Shown here piece by piece: positions 53,459 to 64,000 of a stretch of DNA of 64,000 nucleotides (the stretch's first letter is position 1; each line of letters starts with the position of its first letter). The notes beneath the pieces were generated by a model. It was not told the origin of the DNA, did no database searches, and worked only from the letters and a program-made list of their open reading frames with translations. The stretch is from contig OZ243974.1 in assembly GCA_965214775.1 (NCBI GenBank), forward strand, positions 992,001-1,056,000. Reading direction: 5' to 3'. Source of the DNA: Nitrosopumilus sp. (GTDB lineage Archaea; Thermoproteota; Nitrososphaeria; Nitrososphaerales; Nitrosopumilaceae). The translations under genes were made by a program, and so were the position numbers.

Positions 53459-54784
53459 ATGGCCAAATCACAGAACGGTAAAGAGTCTTACAATAAAATT
53501 TTCGCAAAACTAAGGGATCACCACAAGTGGTTTGAAAATTCAATTCCGTTGATTGCAAGCGAGAATGTTCCAAGTCCTGCAGTCAGGGAGGCAGTAATGT
53601 CTGATTTTGGAAACAGGTATGCAGAAGGCTGGCCTGGCGAAAGAGTCTATGCGGGATGCATCTACATCGACGATGTGGAGTTTGAGTGCATGAAATTGGC
53701 CAAAAAACTATACAAGGCAAAATTTGCCGACGTCAGACCGATCTCCGGTGTCGTTGCAAACCTTGCGGTATATTCGGCATATTCCAGTCCGGGCGATGTG
53801 ATGCTGGCACCCTCCATTCCTTCAGGCGGCCACATCTCTCACGGCAAAAAAGAACATTCGGGCACCGCAGGCCTGGTTCACGGACTGGAAATCGAGTTCT
53901 ATCCGTTTGATGCCGAAGAGATGACAATTGACGTGGATAAGACAAAACAGAAGGTAGGGGATCTAAAGAAAGGCAGCCGTCTTCCAAAAATCGCAATGTT
54001 TGGCGGTTCGTTGTTCTTGTTCCCACATCCTGTCAGAGAGCTGTCTGATTTTCTAAAAAGTCACGGCATGCACGTTAACTATGATGCGGCCCATGTCGGG
54101 GGGTTGATTGCAGGAGGAAAGTTCCAAGACCCGTTACGCGAGGGCGCCGACACTGTGACAATGAGCACCCACAAGACTTTGTTTGGGCCACAGGGGGGGT
54201 TGGTTCTAGGTTCAAAAGAACATGAAGAGCCAATCAAGAAGGCAATGTTTCCAGGACTGACTAGCAACCACCACATCAACAACATGGCAGGAAAAGCAGT
54301 TGCCTTTGCAGAAGCCTTGGAATACGGCAAGGATTACGCTTCACAAGTCATCAAAAACGCAAAATCGTTTGCAGAGGCACTAAGCGATGCAGGATTCAAG
54401 GTGCTTGGAGAAAGCAGGGGGTTTACCAAATCGCACCAAGTTGCTGTCAACGTGTTGGATTATTCAGACGGGGGCAGGGTGGAAGCTGATCTTGAAAAGG
54501 CCAACATAATAGTCAACAGGCAATTAATCCCAGGCGATATCAAGGCTGGAAGAAACTATTTCCATCCAGGCGGAATCAGGCTGGGGGTCTCTGAGATCAC
54601 CAGGCTCGGAATGAAAAAGGACGAGATGCAGGAGGTTGCGTCTTTCATCAAACAGATAGTCATCGGCAAGAAGGATCCAAGGAAGGTTCTCCCCAAGGTA
54701 AAATCGTTTAGAAAAGACTATCAGAAGGTAAGGTTCTGCTTTGATAACAAGCTGGGCGCCTACGAATACGTAAAATTGAGATAG
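53459..54784 (+). CDS. glyA: Serine hydroxymethyltransferase
   Basis: [33 protein letters not shown]. Confidence 0.97.
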   Translation: MAKSQNGKESYNKIFAKLRDHHKWFENSIPLIASENVPSPAVREAVMSDFGNRYAEGWPGERVYAGCIYIDDVEFECMKLAKKLYKAKFADVRPISGVVANLAVYSAYSSPGDVMLAPSIPSGGHISHGKKEHSGTAGLVHGLEIEFYPFDAEEMTIDVDKTKQKVGDLKKGSRLPKIAMFGGSLFLFPHPVRELSDFLKSHGMHVNYDAAHVGGLIAGGKFQDPLREGADTVTMSTHKTLFGPQGGLVLGSKEHEEPIKKAMFPGLTSNHHINNMAGKAVAFAEALEYGKDYASQVIKNAKSFAEALSDAGFKVLGESRGFTKSHQVAVNVLDYSDGGRVEADLEKANIIVNRQLIPGDIKAGRNYFHPGGIRLGVSEITRLGMKKDEMQEVASFIKQIVIGKKDPRKVLPKVKSFRKDYQKVRFCFDNKLGAYEYVKLR

Positions 54785-54820
54785 TCTAGGCACGACAGGC
54801 TTGCGTGGAATCGATGCAGA

Positions 54821-54908
54821 TAGTGCGCACAGTTGAAAATCAAACACTTTTGTGTCAAAACAGGCACGATGTGGCAAAACTATGATCTGTTTTTTGATGT
54901 GTGTGCTA
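54821..54908. mobile_element. MITE family D
   Basis: TAGTGCGCACAGTTGAAA...GATGTGTGTGCTA. Confidence 0.78.
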
Positions 54909-54959
54909 TGGAAGCTTTACAAACGAATTCGTCTCAATCAGGCCGATCACGCACGGGGT

Positions 54960-57900
54960 CTAATAATCAGTAAGCAGGGACTGATCTCCTTGGCTTTTGC
55001 CAAACACCAGTTCGATTTCGTCTGACAACGCATGAATTCTGCCTTTTTGATATTTGCCAACGTCGTACTTGTCAACTAGCCTCTTTGCCAGTTTGAGATA
55101 TTTCTCGACTGAGCCCCTCGTAATTGTAGGGATTAGTTTGTGGCCGCAGACGCAGGTTTGAATCAAGGGCATCCTTCTGTATGACCTTCCACATCCGGTA
55201 CATCTAAAGTTCTGCTTGGCATATGATCTAAGGTTTCCCATGATGTCTGGAACCAAATGGGTGGAGATTACATTTGACACTATTTCAGACGTGTTTACAG
55301 CGTCAATCAGCTCAGCGTTGCGGATTTGCATGTCAAATTTGTCAAGCATCGAGCCCAGGGTGGAGTATGCGCTTCTTGATTTTGATGTCGTTAAAGACGA
55401 GGTGGTATGAGTGAAAAAATAATCATAGAACTGTCTTTTTGTTTCCAGCCGCGATTTGATGATTTCGACTGATTCCACGTCTGGCGCCTTTGTTTGCTTC
55501 AAAGTCGATTCAAAGAATTCAAGAGGCAGTGTTTTGGTTACTTCAAGGTTGTGGGCCTGTGGTTGTGACTCGTGTGGAAGAACAAGAGGCTGAACCAGAA
55601 GGGGGGCATCCATCAGGCCGCCAATCCTGTCTGAAAGAAACTGCCTTGAAAAATTAAGCAGGCTGTCCATCAACAGCATCATGGAATCCGCATCCCCATC
55701 GGCGTCCCTTCGTTTTGCTGAATGCCAGTTGGGGGTTCCAAAGCAGACGTGTGTCTCAGTATAGCCAACAATTCTTCCCACAATTCCAACAGAAGTGTGC
55801 GGGGCCAGTCCGATTATCAGGTGGCCGACCAGTTCGTCAGGGTTTGAAACGTTGTAAAAGGGGGGCTTCTGATAGAACTTCTCAAGCAGGGTATCAATGT
55901 ACTTGCATGTTGAAACAAGATAGTTTCCGCTTTCATAGGGAATAACGACATCCTGCATTCTAAGCTCCACTGTTTGTTCCGGGTTTTCAAGCAGGTTCCC
56001 ATCAATGTCATGGGTGTATCCAAGACCGTGCAGCTTTTCAATCGACGTTCCAATCCATGACGGCTTGAACTGGGTCAGCGGGGAATTTGTAGCGTCAAAC
56101 CTGACAGTGCCGTCTTTGAAAACGGTCAATCCCAGTTGTTGGCGGGCCAGGCCTTTCTCAAGCGGTTCGGCGATCCTGTCCTGGTTGATGAGTTCCTTGA
56201 CGCCTTTGAAGGGCTCCTGCGCACGAATCCCCATTTTTTGCTGGGCTGCAAGCAACCTGTCTTTGAGAGGAAATTCCTTGTGAGAATTGGCAGGAGCCTT
56301 GCGCTTGCATTTTTCACAGTATGGCTCGGCTAGCGTGTCTCGGCAGTTTAGGCATCTGTACGAAATCGAGGTCTTGGTTTCACATTTCGGGCATTTTATT
56401 CCAATCGAGGGTGTGTTGCATCGCGTACAGCTTCGGTTGAGGATGTTTGTGAAAAAATACTCGTTTCTTGATGCCTTTAGCAGATCCCTGGTGGGTCCGC
56501 CCTTGTCACCGACCGGAAACAATACGTGGGTCGGAGGCTTCATCTGTCTTGCAGCGGCCTTTTCTGGCCTTCCGATTCTTACGCCAATGGATGTTGAGAA
56601 TTTGTTTCTGATCTGAATTCCCGAGGACTCGGACAGGATTTTTGGCACTGACATGTCAGAGACTGCCGTCGGCTCCTTCCTAAAAAGCAAATTAAAGAAG
56701 ATTTTGGCCTCCAGATTTTCAAGGATCAGGAGATCGTTTTCGGTTTTGTGCGGGGTTCCAAGTTTTTCCAAGACCGGTTTTTTGTCTTCGGAATACCGGA
56801 TGTGTGAATCGCCGACGTTGATCGGATCAAGCAGTTTCTCAAGCTCCTCTGCTGAAATTTTATCCCAGAAATATAGAAAGGCAGGATGCAATGGAAGTTT
56901 AAAATCCAGTGAGATTTTCAGGGCCTCATCAATTGACGGGACTTTTTGGAGGAATTGTTTCAGATATTGATGATCATCAGGCCCGCATCCCTCAATTTTT
57001 TGCCTTAATTCCTCAACCCAAAACTCCTCAACATATGCTGATGGAACCAGTTGGGCGTTGTTTTCAAGAAAGTCGCCAAACGAAATCAGAATGTCGCCAA
57101 GGTGAAGAATCTTCTCAATTTCGTCTTTGATTCGAATTCCGTGTTTGACATCCTGGATTTTTACGACGTTTCCGTTTTTCAGGCGAACTGTCGGGGTTTC
57201 AATGGAATCGACAAATGCCACGGTGGCCCCCTTTCCAGGAATGTCAATTTTGACTTGGGTTCCAACGGCAATGGTATGATCCAAAATTTCAGCAATTACA
57301 GGATGCAGGCCTACGGCAGCAAAGCCGGTATTGCAGGCTCGCCCGTACCTTAACCGAAATCCGCCCAGTTTGTTAGGCATGGAAAGAACAGATCTTCCAG
57401 CAATGACTTCCCGCATCCTTTTTGCAGCAGCGTCCTCCTGGTTATCGCCTGTTGTTTGAACGGCGCCCTTGAGGTCGTTGAGCCATTCCCAGCCATCCAA
57501 ATTGTACAGTTCGATTCTTTTCAGCAATTTTTTTGATCTGCCTATCAGGCCGTCGTTTAGGACACGCAGTGCTCCGCCGCGAACTCTGTTGGTTTTGATT
57601 CGAGTCATGGACTTGTGGTTTACGACTTCGAACGGATCCGTATCAACACCGTCCAGTTCCACCGGAAGATTGGAGATCACGCGTTCAATGTCCTCGTCTA
57701 GAATATGGAACTGGAAACTGCTTGCCTCCCTTTCATAGATTCGTAATTCCTCAACAAACCTTCCGGTTTCGTCATCAAACGAGTTGGCTTGAAATCTTGA
57801 CAGTCCGACTGCCTTTCTCACATGATCGGCAATCAGCATTGTAACGGCCGATTCGGTCCCTCCAGCCGAACGCATGGGTCCTGCTATGGATACAGAGAGA

Positions 57901-58346
57901 TATTCCGAGCCGTCCTTGTTTTTCTTAATCTTCACTTCGTTGATTCCCTGGAGGGGGGCGATGGTCACTCCCTCAGTAACAATTGCCAGCCCTACACGAA
58001 CTGCAAGATCCAGTTTTTCTTCAAGGGTAGAGTCGGGCAGAGAATATTTTCCCAGAGCAATTTCTTTGGACAGGATTAGTGCCGAGAGTTCCTTTCCGTT
58101 GGTTTTGAGCAACTCACGGAGGGGGCCGGCAATGTCGATTTCATGCATCTTTGCAACACGATCTGCAAGGTCAAAGGCAATCTTTGGCTCTATCATGCCT
58201 GCAGAGTCAAAAAGGCTTGATTTTGCCGAGGCCGCTTTCTCAAAAACAGTATAGGTTTCCAAAGACAGTCCCGAATAGTAATCCATATAGTAATCCGGCA
58301 TTTTTATGCCTTTGATTCTAGAAACGGCGTCATTTTCAGCAGACAT
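54960..58346 (-). CDS. polC: DNA polymerase D large subunit DP2
   Basis: AGPMRSAGGT, GGFRLRYGR, FKDGTVRFD, KRRDADGDAD, GGLMDAPL; no intein seen. Confidence 0.97.
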   Translation of the reverse strand: MSAENDAVSRIKGIKMPDYYMDYYSGLSLETYTVFEKAASAKSSLFDSAGMIEPKIAFDLADRVAKMHEIDIAGPLRELLKTNGKELSALILSKEIALGKYSLPDSTLEEKLDLAVRVGLAIVTEGVTIAPLQGINEVKIKKNKDGSEYLSVSIAGPMRSAGGTESAVTMLIADHVRKAVGLSRFQANSFDDETGRFVEELRIYEREASSFQFHILDEDIERVISNLPVELDGVDTDPFEVVNHKSMTRIKTNRVRGGALRVLNDGLIGRSKKLLKRIELYNLDGWEWLNDLKGAVQTTGDNQEDAAAKRMREVIAGRSVLSMPNKLGGFRLRYGRACNTGFAAVGLHPVIAEILDHTIAVGTQVKIDIPGKGATVAFVDSIETPTVRLKNGNVVKIQDVKHGIRIKDEIEKILHLGDILISFGDFLENNAQLVPSAYVEEFWVEELRQKIEGCGPDDHQYLKQFLQKVPSIDEALKISLDFKLPLHPAFLYFWDKISAEELEKLLDPINVGDSHIRYSEDKKPVLEKLGTPHKTENDLLILENLEAKIFFNLLFRKEPTAVSDMSVPKILSESSGIQIRNKFSTSIGVRIGRPEKAAARQMKPPTHVLFPVGDKGGPTRDLLKASRNEYFFTNILNRSCTRCNTPSIGIKCPKCETKTSISYRCLNCRDTLAEPYCEKCKRKAPANSHKEFPLKDRLLAAQQKMGIRAQEPFKGVKELINQDRIAEPLEKGLARQQLGLTVFKDGTVRFDATNSPLTQFKPSWIGTSIEKLHGLGYTHDIDGNLLENPEQTVELRMQDVVIPYESGNYLVSTCKYIDTLLEKFYQKPPFYNVSNPDELVGHLIIGLAPHTSVGIVGRIVGYTETHVCFGTPNWHSAKRRDADGDADSMMLLMDSLLNFSRQFLSDRIGGLMDAPLLVQPLVLPHESQPQAHNLEVTKTLPLEFFESTLKQTKAPDVESVEIIKSRLETKRQFYDYFFTHTTSSLTTSKSRSAYSTLGSMLDKFDMQIRNAELIDAVNTSEIVSNVISTHLVPDIMGNLRSYAKQNFRCTGCGRSYRRMPLIQTCVCGHKLIPTITRGSVEKYLKLAKRLVDKYDVGKYQKGRIHALSDEIELVFGKSQGDQSLLTDY

Positions 58347-58355
58347 GTGATCCTA

Positions 58356-59111
58356 CTACTGCTTGCTTCTTTGAATTGTTTTTGTTATTTCTTGGAGTTT
58401 TTTCAGACTTCCACCTTTTTCAAGAAACGTTCCAATTACCAGGGCGTCTGCGCCGGCCTTGGCAAGGCTTTGGGCAGTTTTAACGTCCCTAATGCCTCCG
58501 CCAACTATCAAAAAACCGTCAAATGTTTTTCTGACAGTTCGGACCATCTCAGGAGTAACGTTGGTCTTTGCGCCCGAGCCTGCCTCCAAGTAAACAAACC
58601 TCATTCCCAGAAACCGTGCAGCCAAGGCATAAGCAGCTGCAATTTTTGGCTTTTCAAATGGAATTCCCCTTGCAGAGCCCACAAACCAGGCCGAAGTGCC
58701 ATCTCCGATAACCAGATATGCTGTCGGAAGTGCCTCAAGTCCGAATTTGGCAACGCTGGGAGCTCCAAGTGCCTGGGCCTGGGTGATAAAGTAGGGATTT
58801 TCTGAATTCATTAACGAGCTAAACAGGATGGCGTCTGCGCCAGGTACGATCCCCGTCACATTTCCCGGAAACAGTATAATTGGGATTTTAATGCCTTTTT
58901 TGATGCCTTTAACAACTTGTGCCATCTCAATTTGGTTTGTGGCAGACGAGCCGCCAACCAATATTGAGGACGCACCGATTTTCTCTGCGTTCTTTGCCAG
59001 TTCGGCAGAAGCCTCAAGATCAGAGACCTCCGAATCTATCAGCACAAACAATAGTGTTTTTTTTTTCCTTAATTCTGATTTTAGGAACGATTCTACTTTG
59101 TTTTCAGCCAT
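58356..59111 (-). CDS. Geranylgeranylglyceryl phosphate synthase
   Basis: ILVGGS, ILFPG, YLEAGSGA, VGGGIR. Confidence 0.94.
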   Translation of the reverse strand: MAENKVESFLKSELRKKKTLLFVLIDSEVSDLEASAELAKNAEKIGASSILVGGSSATNQIEMAQVVKGIKKGIKIPIILFPGNVTGIVPGADAILFSSLMNSENPYFITQAQALGAPSVAKFGLEALPTAYLVIGDGTSAWFVGSARGIPFEKPKIAAAYALAARFLGMRFVYLEAGSGAKTNVTPEMVRTVRKTFDGFLIVGGGIRDVKTAQSLAKAGADALVIGTFLEKGGSLKKLQEITKTIQRSKQ

Positions 59112-59176
59112 AAGGGAGGTTTGTACATGACTCTTTAAAGTTTAATTGGAGTGCCGACATACAGATTTGTATAGCT

Positions 59177-59539
59177 ATGTCAGAGTTTGAAGGATCTAGT
59201 TTTAACAACATTGTACGAGAAATTATCAAAAAATCGTTGTTTACGGAGCGACAAATTGAAATTATTTTAAATCAGAAGGATCTTTTAGAATCAAAGTTTT
59301 CCATAACAAAGGGAGCGTATTACAGGCAGGTTGGGCAGTCCAGAGACAAGTTGATTGGATTGTTCTATTCAGTCGTTCTTTTACGCGGTCTAGGCATACT
59401 TTTGCCTGATGATATTGATGTGATATCAAAACTTTCAGAACAGATTAGTGTGATTAATGATAGTGATATATTCCCAGAACGTCAGGAAGAGGTGATGGGT
59501 GTGATAGACAAGCTCATTCGTCAGGCATGTAATATGTGA
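59177..59539 (+). CDS. Conserved hypothetical protein
   Basis: SLFTERQIEI...ITKGAYYRQVGQ. Confidence 0.75.
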   Translation: MSEFEGSSFNNIVREIIKKSLFTERQIEIILNQKDLLESKFSITKGAYYRQVGQSRDKLIGLFYSVVLLRGLGILLPDDIDVISKLSEQISVINDSDIFPERQEEVMGVIDKLIRQACNM

Positions 59540-59632
59540 TGGTGTGATAGGGAGAGGTGTCGCCGGGTTTTGACGGTTGTGATAATGTGTGTGAGTTTGT
59601 TAATCCAAAGTGTGAAATAATGTTGTCCAATC

Positions 59633-60334
59633 ATGATAAATCACAACACATGTATGAAATTTGTGATGTTGGTAGAAATTCCTGATCCCGAAGTGATTTT
59701 GGGTGTAATTGTTGCGTTTTTGATAGGACTGGGTGGGTTGTATGGCTATTATAAGATCAAGCCGTTTATCAAAACCAAGAGTGAGATGGTTGATGCATCA
59801 CAGCGTTCTGAGCGCCTAGAGTATTACGAAACACAGTTAATTGATATGAAAATACGCCTAGATGCATTAGAACTCCAGGGGATTGAACAGAAAACAGGTG
59901 AGAAGGAGGTGTTGGATCCCAACAAGGAATTAAAGCAGTTCTTGGAAAAGTTAGTTAGTAATCAAGGCCAAGGGCAGCCTGCAGAACAGGTTGTTGAGGC
60001 TCCAAAAGATGGGGAAAAACCTATTTCCACACCCAAAACCGACCATGTGGGGTTTACCAACCCGACAGATTATGTGTTGCACCTAATCACAAACAAAGAC
60101 ATGACATCACGTGACATACAAGTCACATTAAAGAAAAGCAGGGAGCATACTTCAAGATTGATGAAGAAGTTGTTTGAGGATGGGTATGTTCAAAGGAATA
60201 CAAATTCCAAACCATACACCTACTCAATTACAGAGAAAGGAAAGACAAAAGTCATTGATCTTCAATCAGAAACCCCGGGTAATAGGATAGTCCAGGGCAG
60301 TGTTAAACTCATGGCCCCATATCAAAACATATGA
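59633..60334 (+). CDS. Membrane-anchored winged-helix (MarR-like) protein
   Basis: N-terminal TM; MTSRDIQ..LKKSREHTSRLMKKLFEDGYV.R...YSITEKG. Confidence 0.82.
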   Translation: MINHNTCMKFVMLVEIPDPEVILGVIVAFLIGLGGLYGYYKIKPFIKTKSEMVDASQRSERLEYYETQLIDMKIRLDALELQGIEQKTGEKEVLDPNKELKQFLEKLVSNQGQGQPAEQVVEAPKDGEKPISTPKTDHVGFTNPTDYVLHLITNKDMTSRDIQVTLKKSREHTSRLMKKLFEDGYVQRNTNSKPYTYSITEKGKTKVIDLQSETPGNRIVQGSVKLMAPYQNI

Positions 60335-60567
60335 AAACCACAATTGCAGGCAAATGTATGTTTGGTTGCTGTCTGGGTAGGGACCACCACACCATAACAA
60401 CACCAAACCACATAGGAGGTTTTTAATGTTTTATGAAATTTAAAGTAAATTATTTTAAGGAAAATTTACAAAACCACACCTGTTTTTATTATTAATTAAT
60501 AATTAAATATTTTATTAAATTATATATAATGTTAATTATAAATAATGTTAAATTATAATAAAATTAT

Positions 60568-60729
60568 ATGTCTGTTCAAGAAAATGAGGTGTTGGTCAAG
60601 ATCACATCAGTTGGAACCATATCAATCCCCAAACAGTTTAGGAAGTTTATGGATATTCAAAAGGGTGAATATGTTAAATTAATCCTTGAAAAAGACCGAT
60701 TAATAGTAAGAAAAGTGGTTATTAATTAA
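60568..60729 (+). CDS. AbrB/MazE/SpoVT family DNA-binding protein (53 aa)
   Basis: VKITSVGTISIPKQFRKFMDIQKGEYV; not in the ORF track. Confidence 0.88.
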   Translation: MSVQENEVLVKITSVGTISIPKQFRKFMDIQKGEYVKLILEKDRLIVRKVVIN

Positions 60730-60738
60730 AAGGTGTTT

Positions 60739-61128
60739 TTAGGGTTGTTTTTGGTGTATTTTGATGGATTGGTATGTCCACTCGCGGCCGGTTCTAATCC
60801 TGTTGATTTTTCCTTTGGTTGAGAATCTAGAAAGGTATGTTGAAATTATACTAAGTTTTATAGGTTCGTTAAACTCATCTTCATATTTTTCCAAGATATT
60901 AGTAGAGGTGAATTTGCCTATTGGATAGAATTTATCGACAATATGCCAGATTTTGGAGCCTGCAGAGTTTGTGTTGACAGCCCCCTCCTGTTCTTCCTCA
61001 ATATTCATCAGATCCATCATTTCAAAAATTTTAAGAACCTTATCTCTGGTTACATTACCTTCCAGTTTAATATCATATCGAGCTCCGTCAGAGTCTTCCA
61101 TGTCTATTCTAATACGTTTTTTTGCCAT
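60739..61128 (-). CDS. Conserved hypothetical protein (winged-helix-like)
   Basis: FTSTNILEKYE...LSIISTYLSRF..KGKI.R. Confidence 0.75.
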   Translation of the reverse strand: MAKKRIRIDMEDSDGARYDIKLEGNVTRDKVLKIFEMMDLMNIEEEQEGAVNTNSAGSKIWHIVDKFYPIGKFTSTNILEKYEDEFNEPIKLSIISTYLSRFSTKGKINRIRTGREWTYQSIKIHQKQP

Positions 61129-61129
61129 C

Positions 61130-61663
61130 TTTGAGATCTAATAGATTAGGTGTTAACAATTCAACTGATCCTCCAAATTTTGTTAACAAAGTTGTTTGTT
61201 AATATTGACTGTATAACCCACGTTTGGAGGTTTTTTTGTTATTAACAACCATATTAGAAAATTTATGGTAAATTAGTGGTTTTTATGCCTGGAGTGGAAA
61301 TGAAGGGGTCTGAATCACCATATTTACAATGTTAGTGTTTGTTTTAACGCCTGGATAGGAAATACAGGGGTCAAAATGGCTTTTTTGGGGTTTTTTTTAA
61401 CATAAAATTAACATTGTGTTAATTATATCAGGCCAGCCTCCCCACCCTGTCTGCTCCATTTTATTACACCATCATCCCATACTTTGTTTCATCCTACCCA
61501 CACACCTTTATTTCCACTCTATTCTTTTTTTAAAAAAAATTTTTTTAATAAACTAAAAACTAACTAAAAATAATTAATTACAAACTTAACTAGAACTACT
61601 TCTCCATCCTTTACTCTTTTGGTTGGATGTTGTTATGTTGAAATTGACAGGAAATAAAGGTGT
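61130..61663. other. Probable replication origin (oriC) with ORB elements
   Basis: GCCTGGAGTGGAAATGAAGGGGTC (~61287), GCCTGGATAGGAAATACAGGGGTC (~61349), inverted AGAGTGGAAATAAAGGTGTG (61501-61520), a copy at ~61647, AT-rich tracts; directly upstream of cdc6. Confidence 0.82.
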
Positions 61664-62872
61664 GTGGGTATGTCAGATCCTGTAGACAGACTGCTTGATG
61701 CATCCGAATCTGGAAAGTCGATCATTCAGAACAGGAACATCTTGCATTTTACCTACATACCGGATGTAATTTTACATAGAAACTCCGAACAGGAGCAGGT
61801 CACCCAATCACTCCTACCTATTTTAAAACAATCCCGCCCATCAAACCTGTTGGTGTATGGGAAACCCGGTACCGGCAAGACATTGGTTGTCAAAAAAGTT
61901 ATTTCAAAAATTCAAAAAAGGGTTGAAAAATCAAACTTTCCAATCAAACTGGTATATTCAAACTCAAAAGAGGAGACTACATTATACGGGTTGTTGGTAA
62001 GTATTGGACGCCAATTAGGATTGGAAAGAGAGGAACTTCCAACCACCGGATTGGCCATAAGCGAGGTCTTTAAACGAATCTTGGAAAAAATTAACCAGAA
62101 CGGACTTAATACAATTTTTATAATCGATGAAATTGATCATCTTGCCCAACTGGTATCAAAGACAGGCAAGGACATTTTATACCAACTAACAAGGGCAAAT
62201 GAAAGGATTAAGAACGGCTCTCTGACCCTGGTCGGCATCTCAAACGACCTTACATTCAAGGAAAAACTTGACCCCAGGGTCATTAGCAGTTTGGGAGAAG
62301 AAGAGATTGTCTTTGCAAACTATAATGTTGAGCAGATTAAAAAAATTCTTGGGGAGAGGATCAAGGACGCGTTTGTGCAAAACTCAATCGAAAAACCTGC
62401 CCTAAACCTATGTGCTGCCCTTGCAGGCGCAGAACACGGGGATGCACGCAGGGCCATAGACCTGATACGGGTAGCCGGCGAACTGGCTGAGAGACAGCAA
62501 TCAGATACCGTAACTGAGGCCCATATCCGCGAGGCTTCTCAAAAAATCGAGGAAAACAAAGAGGAGGCCTCCCTCAAATCATATCCCCTACATGAAAAAC
62601 TGGTCATTTTGGCAATCATAAAGGCAAACGGTTCTTCAACCGGAGAAATCTACACTTCCTACAAAAAACTCTGTAAAACAGTCGGAAGGGACGGGTTGAC
62701 CCAAAGAAGAATTACCCAAATACTAAGTGAGATAGAACTGTCTGGAATTATCAACGGGAGGCTGGTCCATCAAGGAATTCACGGAAGGACCAAAAAATAC
62801 AAACTCACAATATCCTCTGAAATGGCAAAAAAAGCGTTCAGAGACGACTTAACTCTGCAGGACATTGTTTGA
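61664..62872 (+). CDS. cdc6: Orc1/Cdc6 replication initiator
   Basis: GKPGTGKT, IIDEID, ISND, HGDARRAIDL, C-terminal wHTH. Confidence 0.97.
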   Translation: MGMSDPVDRLLDASESGKSIIQNRNILHFTYIPDVILHRNSEQEQVTQSLLPILKQSRPSNLLVYGKPGTGKTLVVKKVISKIQKRVEKSNFPIKLVYSNSKEETTLYGLLVSIGRQLGLEREELPTTGLAISEVFKRILEKINQNGLNTIFIIDEIDHLAQLVSKTGKDILYQLTRANERIKNGSLTLVGISNDLTFKEKLDPRVISSLGEEEIVFANYNVEQIKKILGERIKDAFVQNSIEKPALNLCAALAGAEHGDARRAIDLIRVAGELAERQQSDTVTEAHIREASQKIEENKEEASLKSYPLHEKLVILAIIKANGSSTGEIYTSYKKLCKTVGRDGLTQRRITQILSEIELSGIINGRLVHQGIHGRTKKYKLTISSEMAKKAFRDDLTLQDIV

Positions 62873-64000
62873 ATCCAAATTATAATTTTGATAAAAAACC
62901 TTGAGTGTTTTCAAATTCACCATTATTGCAAGTCCTGGATTTGGAGTCATTCCAACACTTGCCTGAAACGGGGTCTGTCTTTGCCAAGAGCCGGAATTGA
63001 CCAACAACACTCCCTTATATCTGCCTAATTCTGCCCTGTGGACATGTCCTACATGAAGGATGTCTGGAATCTCATCAACTACCATCAAATCTTGCATCTC
63101 GGGGGCAATTGGAGTCTGGCTTCCATAGATTGGACTTAGATGTCTTGCCCTGAGCAGATGCCTCATTACGTTTGTTGGGTTGTCATAACTTAGCCCCGGA
63201 GTGGTCTTTACTATATCATCAATGCTTTGGCCGTGAAACATTGTCACCTTGACCCCGTTAAGGGAGACTATGGCCGGGTTTCCGACCATAATGACGTTCT
63301 CACGCCCCCAAAGACCGGGATTGTATTTTTTGGGTATGGCCGGCTGTGGAAGCGCCCTTCTCCCCGGGTCGTGGTTTCCGGGCATTATGATAATTTTGAC
63401 ATTCTTTGGAATTTTATCCAACAATTTTTCAACCTTGTCCAACTGCTCTTCAACGGTCTGGCAGACAAGCTCCTTGTCCTGGTTTGGATAAATCCCAACA
63501 CCGTCGACTACGTCGCCCCCAATCAGCACAAACCGAATCTTTTTTGCAACCGGATCCGGACTGGAAATCCAACCAACAAACCTCATAAACTCGTCCTCCA
63601 TAAAATATTTGCTTCCGACATGCAGGTCTGAAAGAAAAACAGCATACGCATCAGACTCTGACTTGTTTACGGTCTGGTCAGGAATGTCAGGCAAAATAAC
63701 ATCCTTGATGACAAACCCCGAATTTTTGCCCAGACTTACCCTGGCCATCACAAACTGATCAGAAAGCAAGGCTCCGGCAGCCTTTTGCAGTTCGCCGTCA
63801 AACACGATTCCCTCAAAACCACCGGACGGGTCTTCAAGATGCAGTTTTGTGATGTTTCGCTCAACACTCCGCGTGGTAACCAGGCCACAAATGTACATAT
63901 CCTCTTCGGATTTTGCTGACTTTACAGATGCTATGGATTTTAGCATTCGAGATTCCGGCCTTTCTGAGATGATTCTCTTTAACTTGTTAAACCTGCTTGA
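62849..64000 (-). CDS. polB: DNA polymerase D small subunit DP1 (5' partial)
   Basis: SDLHVGS, GDVVDGVGIYP, PGNHD, RHLSP, GHVH, NSGSWQ. Confidence 0.95.
   Translation of the reverse strand, partial: SSRFNKLKRIISERPESRMLKSIASVKSAKSEEDMYICGLVTTRSVERNITKLHLEDPSGGFEGIVFDGELQKAAGALLSDQFVMARVSLGKNSGFVIKDVILPDIPDQTVNKSESDAYAVFLSDLHVGSKYFMEDEFMRFVGWISSPDPVAKKIRFVLIGGDVVDGVGIYPNQDKELVCQTVEEQLDKVEKLLDKIPKNVKIIIMPGNHDPGRRALPQPAIPKKYNPGLWGRENVIMVGNPAIVSLNGVKVTMFHGQSIDDIVKTTPGLSYDNPTNVMRHLLRARHLSPIYGSQTPIAPEMQDLMVVDEIPDILHVGHVHRAELGRYKGVLLVNSGSWQRQTPFQASVGMTPNPGLAIMVNLKTLKVFYQNYNLDSNNVLQS

Noticed and set aside
54960-58346. Intein in DP2, and antisense ORFs across core genes
   Set aside because: Length and motifs are continuous; the overlapping ORFs are shadows of real genes

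Overview
Archaeal chromosome segment. Gene content and order (PolD DP1/DP2, Cdc6 with ORB repeats, GINS, thermosome, GGGP synthase, CCA-adding enzyme) fit a Nitrosopumilus-like thaumarchaeon; the lineage is inferred. The core backbone is interrupted by three accessory zones. (1) 16.6-18.7 kb: a cyclase/uS10-like cassette sitting inside a decayed Trm11-like gene. (2) 23.4-35.3 kb: an island next to an atypical tRNA-Leu(CAG), with nested IS481/IS5, IS66, IS6 remnants, a tyrosine integrase, DUF3800, HEPN, a pilin-like gene and a CRISPR-sized two-repeat unit. (3) 38-46.6 kb, containing the most striking feature: a 6,348-bp IS6-family cargo transposon (40248-46595; perfect 34-bp TIRs, 8-bp TSD AAGAAAAA). 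It carries a GmrSD-like gene, a DUF262-HNH nuclease and an EcoRI-type adenine methyltransferase whose start codon is followed by a (CCAGACA)26 tract. That tract currently puts the gene out of frame, and losing one unit restores it, so this is a candidate phase-variable, mobile R-M/epigenetic switch in an archaeon. Intergenic regions hold at least five MITE families, often nested and sharing an AGGCRYGA motif. The probable replication origin lies at about 61.1-61.66 kb. All family assignments come from motif recognition by eye, not from database searches.
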